From a virus: a stretch of 64,000 nt of DNA. The stretch's first letter is position 1. Every line of letters begins with the position of its first letter. Below the pieces are notes generated by a model. The model was not told where the DNA came from and made no database searches. It saw only the letters and a program-made list of their open reading frames with translations. The stretch lies in the IMG/VR virus record IMGVR_UViG_3300020281_000010; one strand, 5' to 3'. Positions 14,518 through 24,700 of the stretch are shown piece after piece. The position numbers were made by a program, and so were the translations under genes.

Positions 14518-14810
14518 GCATTGAATTTCCTGCTGAACAGCAACCTACCCCAGGTGTACCACAGTTCGAATCTTATGAAGAAGAACTGGAATGGCGATTT
14601 GAGAAGGTTGCTTCTTCTATTAAGAACCTTGCACACCGTGCAGCAACTATAGAAGCGTTCCTCCAGAGGGGTGCAGATATGATTCAGTACAAACCTGAGG
14701 GTCAAGAGAAACACTTGAACCTGACTGCACTGTTTGACAATCTGTTTGAGCGACTAAATAAAATTGAGGAAGATGTAGCCCAATTAAAGAGTGAGCATAT
14801 TCATAATTGA
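14514..14810 (+). CDS. conserved coiled-coil hypothetical protein
   Basis: ORF track; heptad pattern; ATGA coupling. Confidence 0.75.
   Translation: MSIEFPAEQQPTPGVPQFESYEEELEWRFEKVASSIKNLAHRAATIEAFLQRGADMIQYKPEGQEKHLNLTALFDNLFERLNKIEEDVAQLKSEHIHN
14753..14760 (+). promoter_or_regulatory. late promoter (ACTAAATA)
   Basis: 30 nt upstream of the large structural ORF. Confidence 0.5.
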
Positions 14811-17800
14811 AACGGGGAGAAGTTATGAGAATCCTATTGATTCTTATGACTACCAACGTCAATACACAACTGATGATCACCCGTCCTTTTCAGGTAATGA
14901 TGAGGATGGGAGACCGCTTGGGCAGATTCAGATTGAAGGTATGGGACCTGGATCCTATGCCTTTGGTCGTGATGAGGTATATTACATCGGTGTACAGAAT
15001 GAGACTTGTATTGCACACTGTGATGTAGAGAGAAGAGAGGTATATCGTTTTTATAGTGCACGTAGAGAGGATCATACTTATTGGTATGACACGGAGATGC
15101 CTGATAAGTCTCCACAGAATCCAAAGAGGTATAACAGAGAACCTAGGAATGGTATCTGGTCATTTTACTTAATGGCAGAGTCCCAGACTGGGACCAATCC
15201 GTTATACTTACATTATGATTCTGCAAACTTTAATTCTTATTTTTCTAGTTCTTCTAGTGGTGCTGTAGAACTGCTTGGACATATCTTCACTGGTAATAGC
15301 GCACCTAGTGATGTATTGAATCCAGGTGAGACACTACAACCTCTATATCACTATAGAAAGAACGTAAACGGTGATGTCGATGATTTCTACACCGTAAACC
15401 CTGCAGGAGAGGTCAATCTACAGATTGGTATCCCAGGAGTGCCTGATTCACCTCAACCTAGAGGACAGGAATATCAATATCAAGGTATCTATGGGTATGT
15501 ACTGAATGCATTTGCCCCTAGAAAGAGAGGAACCATCGTAGATACTGGTGGTCCACAGAATACTGGTGAAGTAGACCGTACTGGTTGGTATAATTACAAC
15601 TCAACTTACTCTAGAAGGAGATATGAAGACGAAACACTGACTCCTGCACAACAAGGATGGGGTGATCCTAATGCAGCAGACATTGCTGACAACAAAGCAA
15701 ACTTCGAATGGTACTTTGGTAAGAATGGAGCAGTCAAATGTGCACTGCCTAGGTTCTTAGGATTCCACGATGCCTTTGAAGGGCAGTTTGTGTACTATCT
15801 GTACAATACAGAGTATCCATTTGCGGGACCTGTCTTTGGTATTAACTTTACTACCACTGATGCCCCTTGTATTACTGGTAATAAGGCAGGACAGCAAGAA
15901 CCTGTTATCACATATAAGAGTATCTACTATAAAATTAGAGAAGATGCGTGGCAAACACAGAAAACACACATAAAAGTTGCTGCACCTAACGGAGATGGCA
16001 TCGCAGATTCATTCTGGGGGTGTGGAACAGACGATCAGATGCTGTTTTTCCGTTATACATCGTCAACTGGTGCATTTTTGATCGGTGATGAGATCAAAAA
16101 CTGGCGTATTAGTCAAGTTAGGTACTTTGGAGACGAACTTAGATGCGGTTATATGCGTTTAAGACAGAAAAAATCACGTAATGGTGGGACTTTTAGTTAT
16201 AATGAGACAATTACCGCCCCTGATGGTGCAACTGCACTCGCTTTGGCGGGTTATGGCATCAAAGATCGCGCTGCTTTCTTCGGAGTGTACGAATTTCCGA
16301 AAAAAATCAGTTATTTTAAGGTAGAAATTGATAATAGAGCGTTAATTCCAAGAAGAACACTCGATGAAGCGATTCTAGAGGCAACTATTGACAAAAAAGG
16401 GCGTGTTGGGTCGATTGAGATCATTAATGCGGGTCTTGGTTATGTCAATCCCGATGTTGTGGTGTCTATTCCCGACGAATTGAAGGAAGAAGGGTTCACA
16501 GATACCGCAGAGAACTCAGTTGAGGCATTTTCGAGCAGTGGACTCAATGATTACAACATAAATCTTGAAACTAGCGATGAATTTGAGTCTGGAGACAAAG
16601 CACCTCGTAAATTAGTGCGTAAAATTAAAAAAGAGAAGTTTATAACTGATGCAGGGTTCCAAAAAGAAATCAGACAGGCAAAAGCACGTATTACACTGAA
16701 TGAAGAGGGTGCTGTTAAGTCTGTAACCATTACTGAGAAGGGAAAAGGTTATACACCTGGGGATAAAGTTGCTGTTTACGTTGTAGAGAGGGAAACTGAG
16801 TCTAGACAAGACGATTTCATCGGTTCTGGGATGAAAGAGACTACTAAACGCTTCAATAAGTCATTTAATGACCCAGATATGCCGATGGTAGACACTCCTG
16901 CCAGAGTTCGGGATGAAAATGGCAATCTTGTGACTGTTTCTACCAATACTTTGTTTGATGACGCACAATCTGCCTATGCAGACGCTGTTGGAGAGTTTGA
17001 CGAACCTGTTACGACCACATATACGACATCTTATCTCAAAGCACACGAAAAGAGTGATACTGAGAAGTTGAAGTTCTGTAAAGATGTGATTCCTGTTGAA
17101 TGTTTAGACCCAGGAGTAGGTTCTGACTGGCATAAACTGTCAACTTACATCGATCCTTCAAAGATGTACGCGCAGGCAAAGCAATGGAATCCCGAGTTAG
17201 AGAAGGAAGAGGAGGCAATTTCTCGTCTTGTTACTGATAGTGAGGACAGTTCTGAGACAATTAACCGTAGATTGAACAATGGAATGAACGGAATCCTCGG
17301 TGGAGAGTGTCTTGAGGTGGCACAAAGCGTTTTATACGGTGTCAGACGCTTCTTTGACATCCCTTGTCCCGAAGTTAAGATGGGAAAGGACGGAGTTTCG
17401 CGTACTTTTGGATTTTTACCGTACAAATATTGCGGATCTAGCAGAGAACACGCACAAGTTAAGGTAACAATGGAGGTTGAAGGCAATGTAATGAAGAAAG
17501 GAGAGGCAATAAACACCGATTTTATCGACTTTTTGAAGGAATTACCCAAACCAACCCTTACTGCACCGCGTATTGTGGGTATTGCAGGTAAAGATAAGTC
17601 GCATTCTTGTAAGAGAGGGTCAAATGTGGAGGGTAAATGCTACGAAAGTGGTAAAGGTCAGTACACATTCGTCCCAGATTCGGGTGATGAGAACACTTTT
17701 GACTTCTATGGTACAGAATTAGAGCAGTTGGAGACGTGGTTAGGTGATGGAAACTTCAGTTCTTATGGTACAGGCACCTCTACGCACACTGTTACTACTG

Positions 17801-18222
17801 GTAATCCACCCACAACACAGACTTATACCCTTACATACAACACAATTCAACTCGCATCCTGCTCTGGAGGCAAGTTTCCGAATCCCTGTTGGCATAATTT
17901 TGTGGTAGATGGTGTATTAGATACCTATAACTCTTGGGATAACAGTGGAAATGCGAATGATGACTGGGCAAGTAACCTCTGTAGCGATGCTCCATTCAGT
18001 AATTACTTCACAAACTGTGCTGCATTAAGAAATGTGATCTATGCAACCATCGCTTTTGACCCAGGTGCGATCTCAGATATTGACAATAACATTGAACTTG
18101 CAGCGATTTCGGGTAGATTGAACTATACAAACTACTTGACAGGAGCAACTATCCTTATGGATAGGTCCCTAGATAACTTTGGGAACCCATATTTCGACGA
18201 ATGTGATCTAACGGAATACTAA
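14791..18222 (+). CDS. large virion structural protein (1143 aa)
   Basis: GTG start; baseplate-type I.I.N.G.GY repeats; N-terminal YRFYS/PLYHY repeats; adjacent to PAAR and gp25. Confidence 0.8.
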   Translation: MSIFIIETGRSYENPIDSYDYQRQYTTDDHPSFSGNDEDGRPLGQIQIEGMGPGSYAFGRDEVYYIGVQNETCIAHCDVERREVYRFYSARREDHTYWYDTEMPDKSPQNPKRYNREPRNGIWSFYLMAESQTGTNPLYLHYDSANFNSYFSSSSSGAVELLGHIFTGNSAPSDVLNPGETLQPLYHYRKNVNGDVDDFYTVNPAGEVNLQIGIPGVPDSPQPRGQEYQYQGIYGYVLNAFAPRKRGTIVDTGGPQNTGEVDRTGWYNYNSTYSRRRYEDETLTPAQQGWGDPNAADIADNKANFEWYFGKNGAVKCALPRFLGFHDAFEGQFVYYLYNTEYPFAGPVFGINFTTTDAPCITGNKAGQQEPVITYKSIYYKIREDAWQTQKTHIKVAAPNGDGIADSFWGCGTDDQMLFFRYTSSTGAFLIGDEIKNWRISQVRYFGDELRCGYMRLRQKKSRNGGTFSYNETITAPDGATALALAGYGIKDRAAFFGVYEFPKKISYFKVEIDNRALIPRRTLDEAILEATIDKKGRVGSIEIINAGLGYVNPDVVVSIPDELKEEGFTDTAENSVEAFSSSGLNDYNINLETSDEFESGDKAPRKLVRKIKKEKFITDAGFQKEIRQAKARITLNEEGAVKSVTITEKGKGYTPGDKVAVYVVERETESRQDDFIGSGMKETTKRFNKSFNDPDMPMVDTPARVRDENGNLVTVSTNTLFDDAQSAYADAVGEFDEPVTTTYTTSYLKAHEKSDTEKLKFCKDVIPVECLDPGVGSDWHKLSTYIDPSKMYAQAKQWNPELEKEEEAISRLVTDSEDSSETINRRLNNGMNGILGGECLEVAQSVLYGVRRFFDIPCPEVKMGKDGVSRTFGFLPYKYCGSSREHAQVKVTMEVEGNVMKKGEAINTDFIDFLKELPKPTLTAPRIVGIAGKDKSHSCKRGSNVEGKCYESGKGQYTFVPDSGDENTFDFYGTELEQLETWLGDGNFSSYGTGTSTHTVTTGNPPTTQTYTLTYNTIQLASCSGGKFPNPCWHNFVVDGVLDTYNSWDNSGNANDDWASNLCSDAPFSNYFTNCAALRNVIYATIAFDPGAISDIDNNIELAAISGRLNYTNYLTGATILMDRSLDNFGNPYFDECDLTEY

Positions 18223-18743
18223 TGGCACTAGGATTAAACAAACCAGTAGCGAATCATAACGGTTTACCTTGTACAGGACACGGTATTCCGATTCCTTCTA
18301 CAATTCACTCTACACAAGCGTGTAACACACCTCCTATTAGGTTAGGAATCGTGATGAAGAACAAAACTTGCTTGTGGCCACCTACTCCTTTGGTGCCTTT
18401 GACTGCTCTTAACCCTGCTAGGGCGATGGTAGTGGTCAATGGTCTGCCAATTATGATTAATGGTGATGCATTTACACCTCATTTGTCACCGACAACCAAT
18501 ATTATTAATTATTTGTGTCCTTGTGGTAAAGCAACTTGTATTATTCCGACTCCAACAGTCTGTTCACTTCTGACTGCTGAGGATATATCAGGTGGTCACC
18601 CTAGAGTCCTCTCAACGGGTACATATCAGTCTGTAAGGGCGTTCAAGATACCGATAGGTAGATTGGGTGATTCACTAGGTCCGAAGGGGTATCCGTGCTC
18701 TTCTAAGATCGCTTATGGATCTCCTAATGTCCTAGCAGGATAA
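18222..18743 (+). CDS. PAAR-repeat spike tip protein (gp5.4-like) with Cys-rich insertions
   Basis: CTGHG, VVVNGLPIMINGD..TPH, PIGRLGD, CSSKIAYGSPNVLAG. Confidence 0.8.
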   Translation: MALGLNKPVANHNGLPCTGHGIPIPSTIHSTQACNTPPIRLGIVMKNKTCLWPPTPLVPLTALNPARAMVVVNGLPIMINGDAFTPHLSPTTNIINYLCPCGKATCIIPTPTVCSLLTAEDISGGHPRVLSTGTYQSVRAFKIPIGRLGDSLGPKGYPCSSKIAYGSPNVLAG

Positions 18744-18746
18744 ATG

Positions 18747-18755
18747 TGTTATAAT
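18747..18755 (+). promoter_or_regulatory. extended -10 sigma70 promoter
   Basis: TG-t-TATAAT upstream of the ORF at 18779. Confidence 0.55.
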
Positions 18756-18778
18756 TCTACGGTAGTCACACAACAATT

Positions 18779-18925
18779 ATGGCACGAGCAAAAGTAGGTC
18801 TCTCTGGAGGCGTCTTTATTGAGTCTGCTCCTAAGAGCACCCGTCAAGGAAGTTCTAAGAACACAAAATACTCAGCAACTTCCCGTAATAAGGCGAAAAA
18901 GAAGTATAGGGGTCAAGGTCGATGA
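18779..18925 (+). CDS. small highly basic cyanophage protein (48 aa), not in track
   Basis: MARAKVGL...TRQGSSKNTKYSATSRNKAKKKYRGQGR. Confidence 0.8.
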   Translation: MARAKVGLSGGVFIESAPKSTRQGSSKNTKYSATSRNKAKKKYRGQGR

Positions 18926-19080
18926 GACCTGAGACTCGCGAAGCGATGGAAATGCTCTGGGGTGCTAAATGGAATCTTCCTAAAGCAGCAGAGCATTGTG
19001 GTCTCACTAACAAAGAGATGAAGATTACATTCAATGAATATTGTGCTTTTCATCCTCCTACGTGGAAGGAATCTAAATAA
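18922..19080 (+). CDS. small conserved cyanophage protein (52 aa, possible HTH), not in track
   Basis: MRPETREAMEMLWGAKWNLPKAAEHCGLTNKEMKITFNEYC. Confidence 0.75.
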   Translation: MRPETREAMEMLWGAKWNLPKAAEHCGLTNKEMKITFNEYCAFHPPTWKESK

Positions 19081-19137
19081 AAGCATTAGTGATAGGAACC
19101 ACTATAAAAGTTCTTCATTTAACAACGGAGAACAACT

Positions 19138-19284
19138 ATGGTTAGGGTAGATCAAGCGGATTGGTTCATCCAATCTGGTATGAGACTAGTAACTGATCCT
19201 AGAGCTGATAAATACTTAAAACAAGTATCAGATCGTGGCGCGTTACAGGTTCAGAGCAGAGAAAAACCTAAGCAGACAGTTTAG
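19138..19284 (+). CDS. small protein (48 aa) overlapping the gp25 start, not in track
   Basis: GGAG RBS; MVRVDQADWFIQSGMRLVTDPRADKYL...; late box TCTAAATA at 19072-19079. Confidence 0.55.
   Translation: MVRVDQADWFIQSGMRLVTDPRADKYLKQVSDRGALQVQSREKPKQTV
19207..19214 (+). promoter_or_regulatory. late promoter (GATAAATA)
   Basis: 20 nt upstream of the gp25 start. Confidence 0.6.
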
Positions 19285-19645
19285 GGACTTCAGTATTGGG
19301 ATGAAAGCAAATCCTAATACTGAAGATTTTTCTATTGTAAAAAACGAAAACGCAATCAAGCAGGCAATGAAGAACCTGTTGTTGACACAATTTGGTGAAA
19401 GACCTTTTCAACCAAAAACAGGTTCTCGTGTCAAATCGATGTTGTTTGAAAACTTCGATGTCTTTATGATTGAGGGTTTGACTGACGAAATCAGAAATAC
19501 ACTGAAACGTCTAGAACCTAGGGTGGCAGTTAATGATGTTCGTTGTAGTGTCGATGATACTAACGAACTAGCAGTGGAGATTGATTACACAATCATTGGT
19601 GAACAACTTGTTTACACTGTAGACTTCCTCTTAGAGAAGGCGTAA
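19235..19645 (+). CDS. gp25: baseplate wedge subunit gp25
   Basis: AIKQAMKNLLLTQFGERPFQP..GS, EPRV; directly upstream of gp6. Confidence 0.92.
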   Translation: MARYRFRAEKNLSRQFRDFSIGMKANPNTEDFSIVKNENAIKQAMKNLLLTQFGERPFQPKTGSRVKSMLFENFDVFMIEGLTDEIRNTLKRLEPRVAVNDVRCSVDDTNELAVEIDYTIIGEQLVYTVDFLLEKA

Positions 19646-19648
19646 AAA

Positions 19649-21733
19649 ATGGCAGCAATTCCCTCAAATTTAACATCCCTAGATTTTACTGAAATCAGAG
19701 AATCGATCAGATCATATCTGCGAACGAGAGATGAGTTCACGGACTATGACTTTGATGGTAGTGCTGCGTCATATCTTTTGGACGTTCTGTCATATAACAC
19801 ATACTATGCTGCATTTAACGCTAATATGGCGATGAATGAGGCGTTTTTGGAATCTGCAACTGTTAGAGACAACGTTGTAAAGATTGCCAAGCAACTTAAT
19901 TATACTCCTAGATCTATCAAAGCGTCCAAAGCGTGTGTTAGATTCAGTGTGCAGACAGCATACCTAGGTGATGGCGTATCGTTCCCAACACAAGTCACTC
20001 TCCAGGCTGGAGATGTTTTTGTTTCTACTACTAATGGTGAACCATACACGTTCACTCTCCCTAACGAAATCAGAGCAACTGTTAATCAATCTGATGGTGT
20101 TGCGACGTTTGATAAAATTATCATCTATCAAGGTAACACTCTTGAGTACACTTACACAGTTGATGACGTTAACAAGAGAGAATACTTAATTCCTGCAGAG
20201 AATGTGGACACTACGCTGCTATCAGTGTCCATTTCTCCTAATGCACAGTCAACAGAAATCGATACTTATAATCTTGTACAGAATATTGTTGATGTAGACG
20301 GTACAACTCGTGGTTACTTCCTAGAAGAGACTGATGATCTACGTTATAACGTCATTTTTGGTGATGGCGTTATTTGTCGTAGGTTGATCTCTGGTGAGGT
20401 CATCCGTTTGAAGTATGTTCGTACTGATGGTCCCGATGCAAACGGATGTAAGCGATTTAACTTCATTGGTAGAGTTGTTGACAGTGAAGGACGTTTCATT
20501 AACAATGCCAGTGTCTCTCTAGCGACCATAGACGGGTCTCAAGACGGTGAGAACCTAGAGACTACCCTGAGCATCAAATATAACGCTCCTAGGGCGTTTA
20601 ACAGTCAGAACAGAGCGGTTACTGAGTCAGATTACGAATACATCACTAAAAAGGTGTATCCTCAAGCAAGATCTGTAACTGCATATGGTGGAGAGCGTCT
20701 AAATCCCCCAGTTTACGGAAAGGTGTACGTTGCTATCCGTACTAAGTCAGGCGCTACGCTGAATACCACAACTAAGAAGCGTATTAAGAACAATTTACAG
20801 AAATATGCGATTGCTGCTATTGAACCAGTAATTATTGATCCTATTTCACTTTATATCAGACCTAAGACTTGGGCATTCTTTGATGGTACTAAAACTTCAC
20901 TATCAAACAACGAAATTGCGACAACTATCCTCGGATCTATCGATCAGTACAATAATCAAGGTTCTTCTTCTAGATTCAGCGGTAGAATTGACATCTCTGC
21001 ATATCAGAGAATGATTGACGATTCAGATCCTGCTATTAGCGGTAATGTCACTCATATGACCCTTGGTATGAATATTGAAGGATTTGAGTTTGGTCAAACC
21101 TTCTCCAAGTGTGTTGACTTTGAAAATGAGATTGAGAATCCTAATGATCTCTCTGGTGCTCCAAAAGGAGGAAGTGGAGACGGTTCTGATGGACAATGTT
21201 TACCGAAGTATTCAAGTGTGAAGACTGGTACATTCTATGCTACTGGTTACACAGAAAACCTTCTTGCTATTCAGGGTACATCATCTAACTCTATTTCTGC
21301 TACATCATTCATTGATAATGACACATCAGCACTTCTTCCTGTAAATATTCGTGATGATGGTTATGGAAACCTCATTATGGTTACAAAACAGGATGAGAAG
21401 GAAGTTACCCTTAAATCTTCAGTTGGTACTGTAGATTACAAGTCTGGACAGGTTTGTGTTGGTCCTGTAGATGTACATTCTACTCCTGACGGAACACCTC
21501 GTATTCCAGTTACTGTGATTCCAAAATCACCAAATATCAACATTGGTTCTGGTGTTGACCCAACAATCTTTAACCCGATTGTAACAACCATTGATTACAC
21601 TATTGATGGCAGCAATATTGGCGCATTCGATCCGTTCGACTTTACTGCAATCAACTTTGACGGAACCGCACTAAATATCATTGATTATCCAAGCACAGTG
21701 TTTGAACTCCCCGAGTTCAACTCCTGTTTCTAA
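19649..21733 (+). CDS. gp6: baseplate wedge subunit gp6
   Basis: LDFTEIRESI..YL...FTDYDFDGS...LLDVLSYNTYY, QNRAVTESDY. Confidence 0.93.
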   Translation: MAAIPSNLTSLDFTEIRESIRSYLRTRDEFTDYDFDGSAASYLLDVLSYNTYYAAFNANMAMNEAFLESATVRDNVVKIAKQLNYTPRSIKASKACVRFSVQTAYLGDGVSFPTQVTLQAGDVFVSTTNGEPYTFTLPNEIRATVNQSDGVATFDKIIIYQGNTLEYTYTVDDVNKREYLIPAENVDTTLLSVSISPNAQSTEIDTYNLVQNIVDVDGTTRGYFLEETDDLRYNVIFGDGVICRRLISGEVIRLKYVRTDGPDANGCKRFNFIGRVVDSEGRFINNASVSLATIDGSQDGENLETTLSIKYNAPRAFNSQNRAVTESDYEYITKKVYPQARSVTAYGGERLNPPVYGKVYVAIRTKSGATLNTTTKKRIKNNLQKYAIAAIEPVIIDPISLYIRPKTWAFFDGTKTSLSNNEIATTILGSIDQYNNQGSSSRFSGRIDISAYQRMIDDSDPAISGNVTHMTLGMNIEGFEFGQTFSKCVDFENEIENPNDLSGAPKGGSGDGSDGQCLPKYSSVKTGTFYATGYTENLLAIQGTSSNSISATSFIDNDTSALLPVNIRDDGYGNLIMVTKQDEKEVTLKSSVGTVDYKSGQVCVGPVDVHSTPDGTPRIPVTVIPKSPNINIGSGVDPTIFNPIVTTIDYTIDGSNIGAFDPFDFTAINFDGTALNIIDYPSTVFELPEFNSCF

Positions 21734-21751
21734 GACCGCCGTACTTAAAAG

Positions 21752-24700
21752 ATGGTTGCACATAACACAGCAATTAAGGTCTCCCAGAGACTGAACAGTC
21801 AGATTCCTGCGTTTATCAAGGAGGATAACGACCAGTTCGTCAACTTGCTGACAGAATACTATAAGTCACAAGAGAAATCAGGGCGTCCATATGACATCCT
21901 AAACAATATACTAGCATATGTTGACATTGGGTCAGGAGAATTTAATCCTAATTTCTTGTCATCAGAGTCTGCTGTGTTGGAGGCGGTTGATCCTACGCAG
22001 AACAAAATTATTGCTGAGAATGTAAATTACTTCTTAGAGAAAGATGGTACTATAAAAATTGACAATGAAGTTCTATATTACGAGTCTGTAACACATTCTC
22101 CTGACATTGTTTTCACTCCAGGCGTTAATAAGCAAGAATTTGATAGAAAGGTTCAAGAATTCGAACCTATCAATAATCAGTTTAATAGTTCAACAACAGA
22201 ATTTAATTTAAGACTGTTAGGTAGACCTGTTTCACCTCAGTCTTCAAATCACCTTTTGGTGGTTGTAAATAACGAGTTTATGTTCCCTGATAGGGATTAC
22301 TTCGTTGAAGGTGACCGTATTCGCTTTGTAAACCCTCCAGAACCGACTACAGGGGCGTTGACAGGTGCAATCAATACCATTCGTTACCTTATCGGTTATA
22401 CAAGCGTTCCAGTCCGTTCTCTGGACACCATTACAGTTCCTCAGGATGCCACTGAGTTTTCACTGAAACTCAATACTCAACCTTACAGTCCTCTTTCTAC
22501 TGTTTCATCAATCGTTGTTGTTAACAGAGTTGAAAAGAGACCTTTTGAGGATTTCACAGTTTTTGAAGATAAACTCATCTTCAAGCAACCTGTCTCACAA
22601 AATGCTACAATAGATGTACGTTCTGTTGAACTCATTGCTCCTGAATTTGGTTCAGGTGCTTCAGCAGTATCTCAAATCGATGGCGGTGCTGTTAACGACA
22701 TCCTTGTTAAAAATGGTGGTTCTGGTTACAGAGTAAGTTTTGCTCCTAGAATCACTATCCAGTCAAATAAGGGTACTGGTGCAGGTGCTACAGCAGAAGC
22801 ACTTGTAAATGGTATCAAGAATACTCAACTCCTATTCTCTGGACAAGGTTACTCTTCTAACAACCCACCTATCGTAGTTGTAGATGCTCCTGCTGATGAA
22901 GAGGGAACCAGAGCACAAATTACTGCTATTGTCTCAGATGAACTCGAAGGTGTATCGGAATTGCGTGTCACTTCTTCAGGAAGTGGATATGACCGCATTC
23001 CTTCAATTAAGTTTGTTAATCCTGGTGGTGCTACTATATCAGATCCTACAGTTGAAAACGGATCAATCGTCGCAGGATCAATCTCAGTAACCGCTCCTGG
23101 TTCTGGGTACACAACTGCACCTTTGGTGTATATGGATCCTCCTACTGGGGATAATGCTATCAATGCAACTGCTCAGGCAGTCCTTGATGCTGAAGGTAGA
23201 GTTGAAAGAATTGACATCATATCATCAGGTCAAGGATATGAAGGTAACATCAGGGCAAGAATTATCGATCCTGTTGGTGCACAGATCCTTGATGTGTCTT
23301 GTACTGGTGGTAGAGTTACTAATATTGAACTACTAACTGGTGGTAAGGGTTATACAGATGCTCCATCTGTGTATATCGTTGATAATAGAAAGGATACCAA
23401 CGGTCAACCTATTGGTGGTACTGGTGCAACTGCTGTTGCTACCATTTTCAATGGTGAGATCACTGACATCAATATCACTAGTTTTGGTAGTGGATACTCA
23501 GATACAGAACCTCCTAAGGTCTTTATTGCTGCTCCTCCTGTTCCAGAAGCATCTTGTGACGTTGGTTTTGGAGAAATTACAGGTTTCACAATCCACAGTG
23601 CGGGACAAAATTACCAACCTTCAGCATTTGTTGGTGTAAAGCGCGGAGTTTCTGCTGTCACATCATATGATCAGAAGGGTCATCAAGTTTATAGTGGAGA
23701 ATCCAGTCTGGTACAGTCTTCTCACGCTGTAGGATCAGTAATTCACAATCTTGATAATCTTTTTGCTAAAGAATTATACAGAAGATTCGTAAATCAATAT
23801 CTTCCTAATGCGGAAATTGACTATAAAAAAGTCAACGCTCCGCAAATTATTAAGACTATTTCGGATTTTTACGCATCTAAAGGTACGAAGATCTCTACAC
23901 AGTACCTCTTTAAGATCCTTTATTCCGAAAATGTTGATGTTTCTTATCCTAAAGATGAGATTATCAAACCTTCTGCTGCAACTTGGAACGTAGATACGGT
24001 TCTTAGAGCAGATCTTTTGGAAGGTAATCCAGAGAATTTAATCGATTCACAGTTGATTCAGTATGTTGATGACGTTGATATTAACGTAAAAGGTGCATCT
24101 GCACTGATTGAAAACGTTATTGCTATCAATACTGGTGTTGGTACTGTGTATGAACTTGCAATTTCAGAAGAAACTCTGCAAGGTGCGTTCACAATCCCCT
24201 ACAAAACCACACTGGTTGAGGAACTTTCTACCACTGAATCAATTATTACAGTTGACTCTACGATTGGTTGGCCAGAAAGAAACGGTACTATCCGTATTGA
24301 TGACAACGAGGTTGTACAGTATAAAGAGAAAACACTGAACCAGTTTATTGAATGTACTCGTTCTAAGAACGGTGTAGTAGAAGATTGGGATGCAGGTACT
24401 ACAGTTTTCTCTGACATCTTCGTTTATGTCAACCGTGGTACTGAAAACGAGTGTAAGTTGCGTGTTCTTGGTATTGCTGATGCAGAATCTACAGTTCTGT
24501 CTGACAATGGTTCGTATTATCTTCCTGGCGACAAACTAAACGTTGCATCACTTGGTTCAACTTCTAACGATCAAAGAATTACTTCTTGGTTGTATAACGT
24601 CAAAAAACTAATCAATATCAACGAAATCGTCCCTGGTGGTCTTAATAATCAGACTGCAACTGTTACTTGCTCTAATAACCACGGTCTACTGGTTGGTGAC

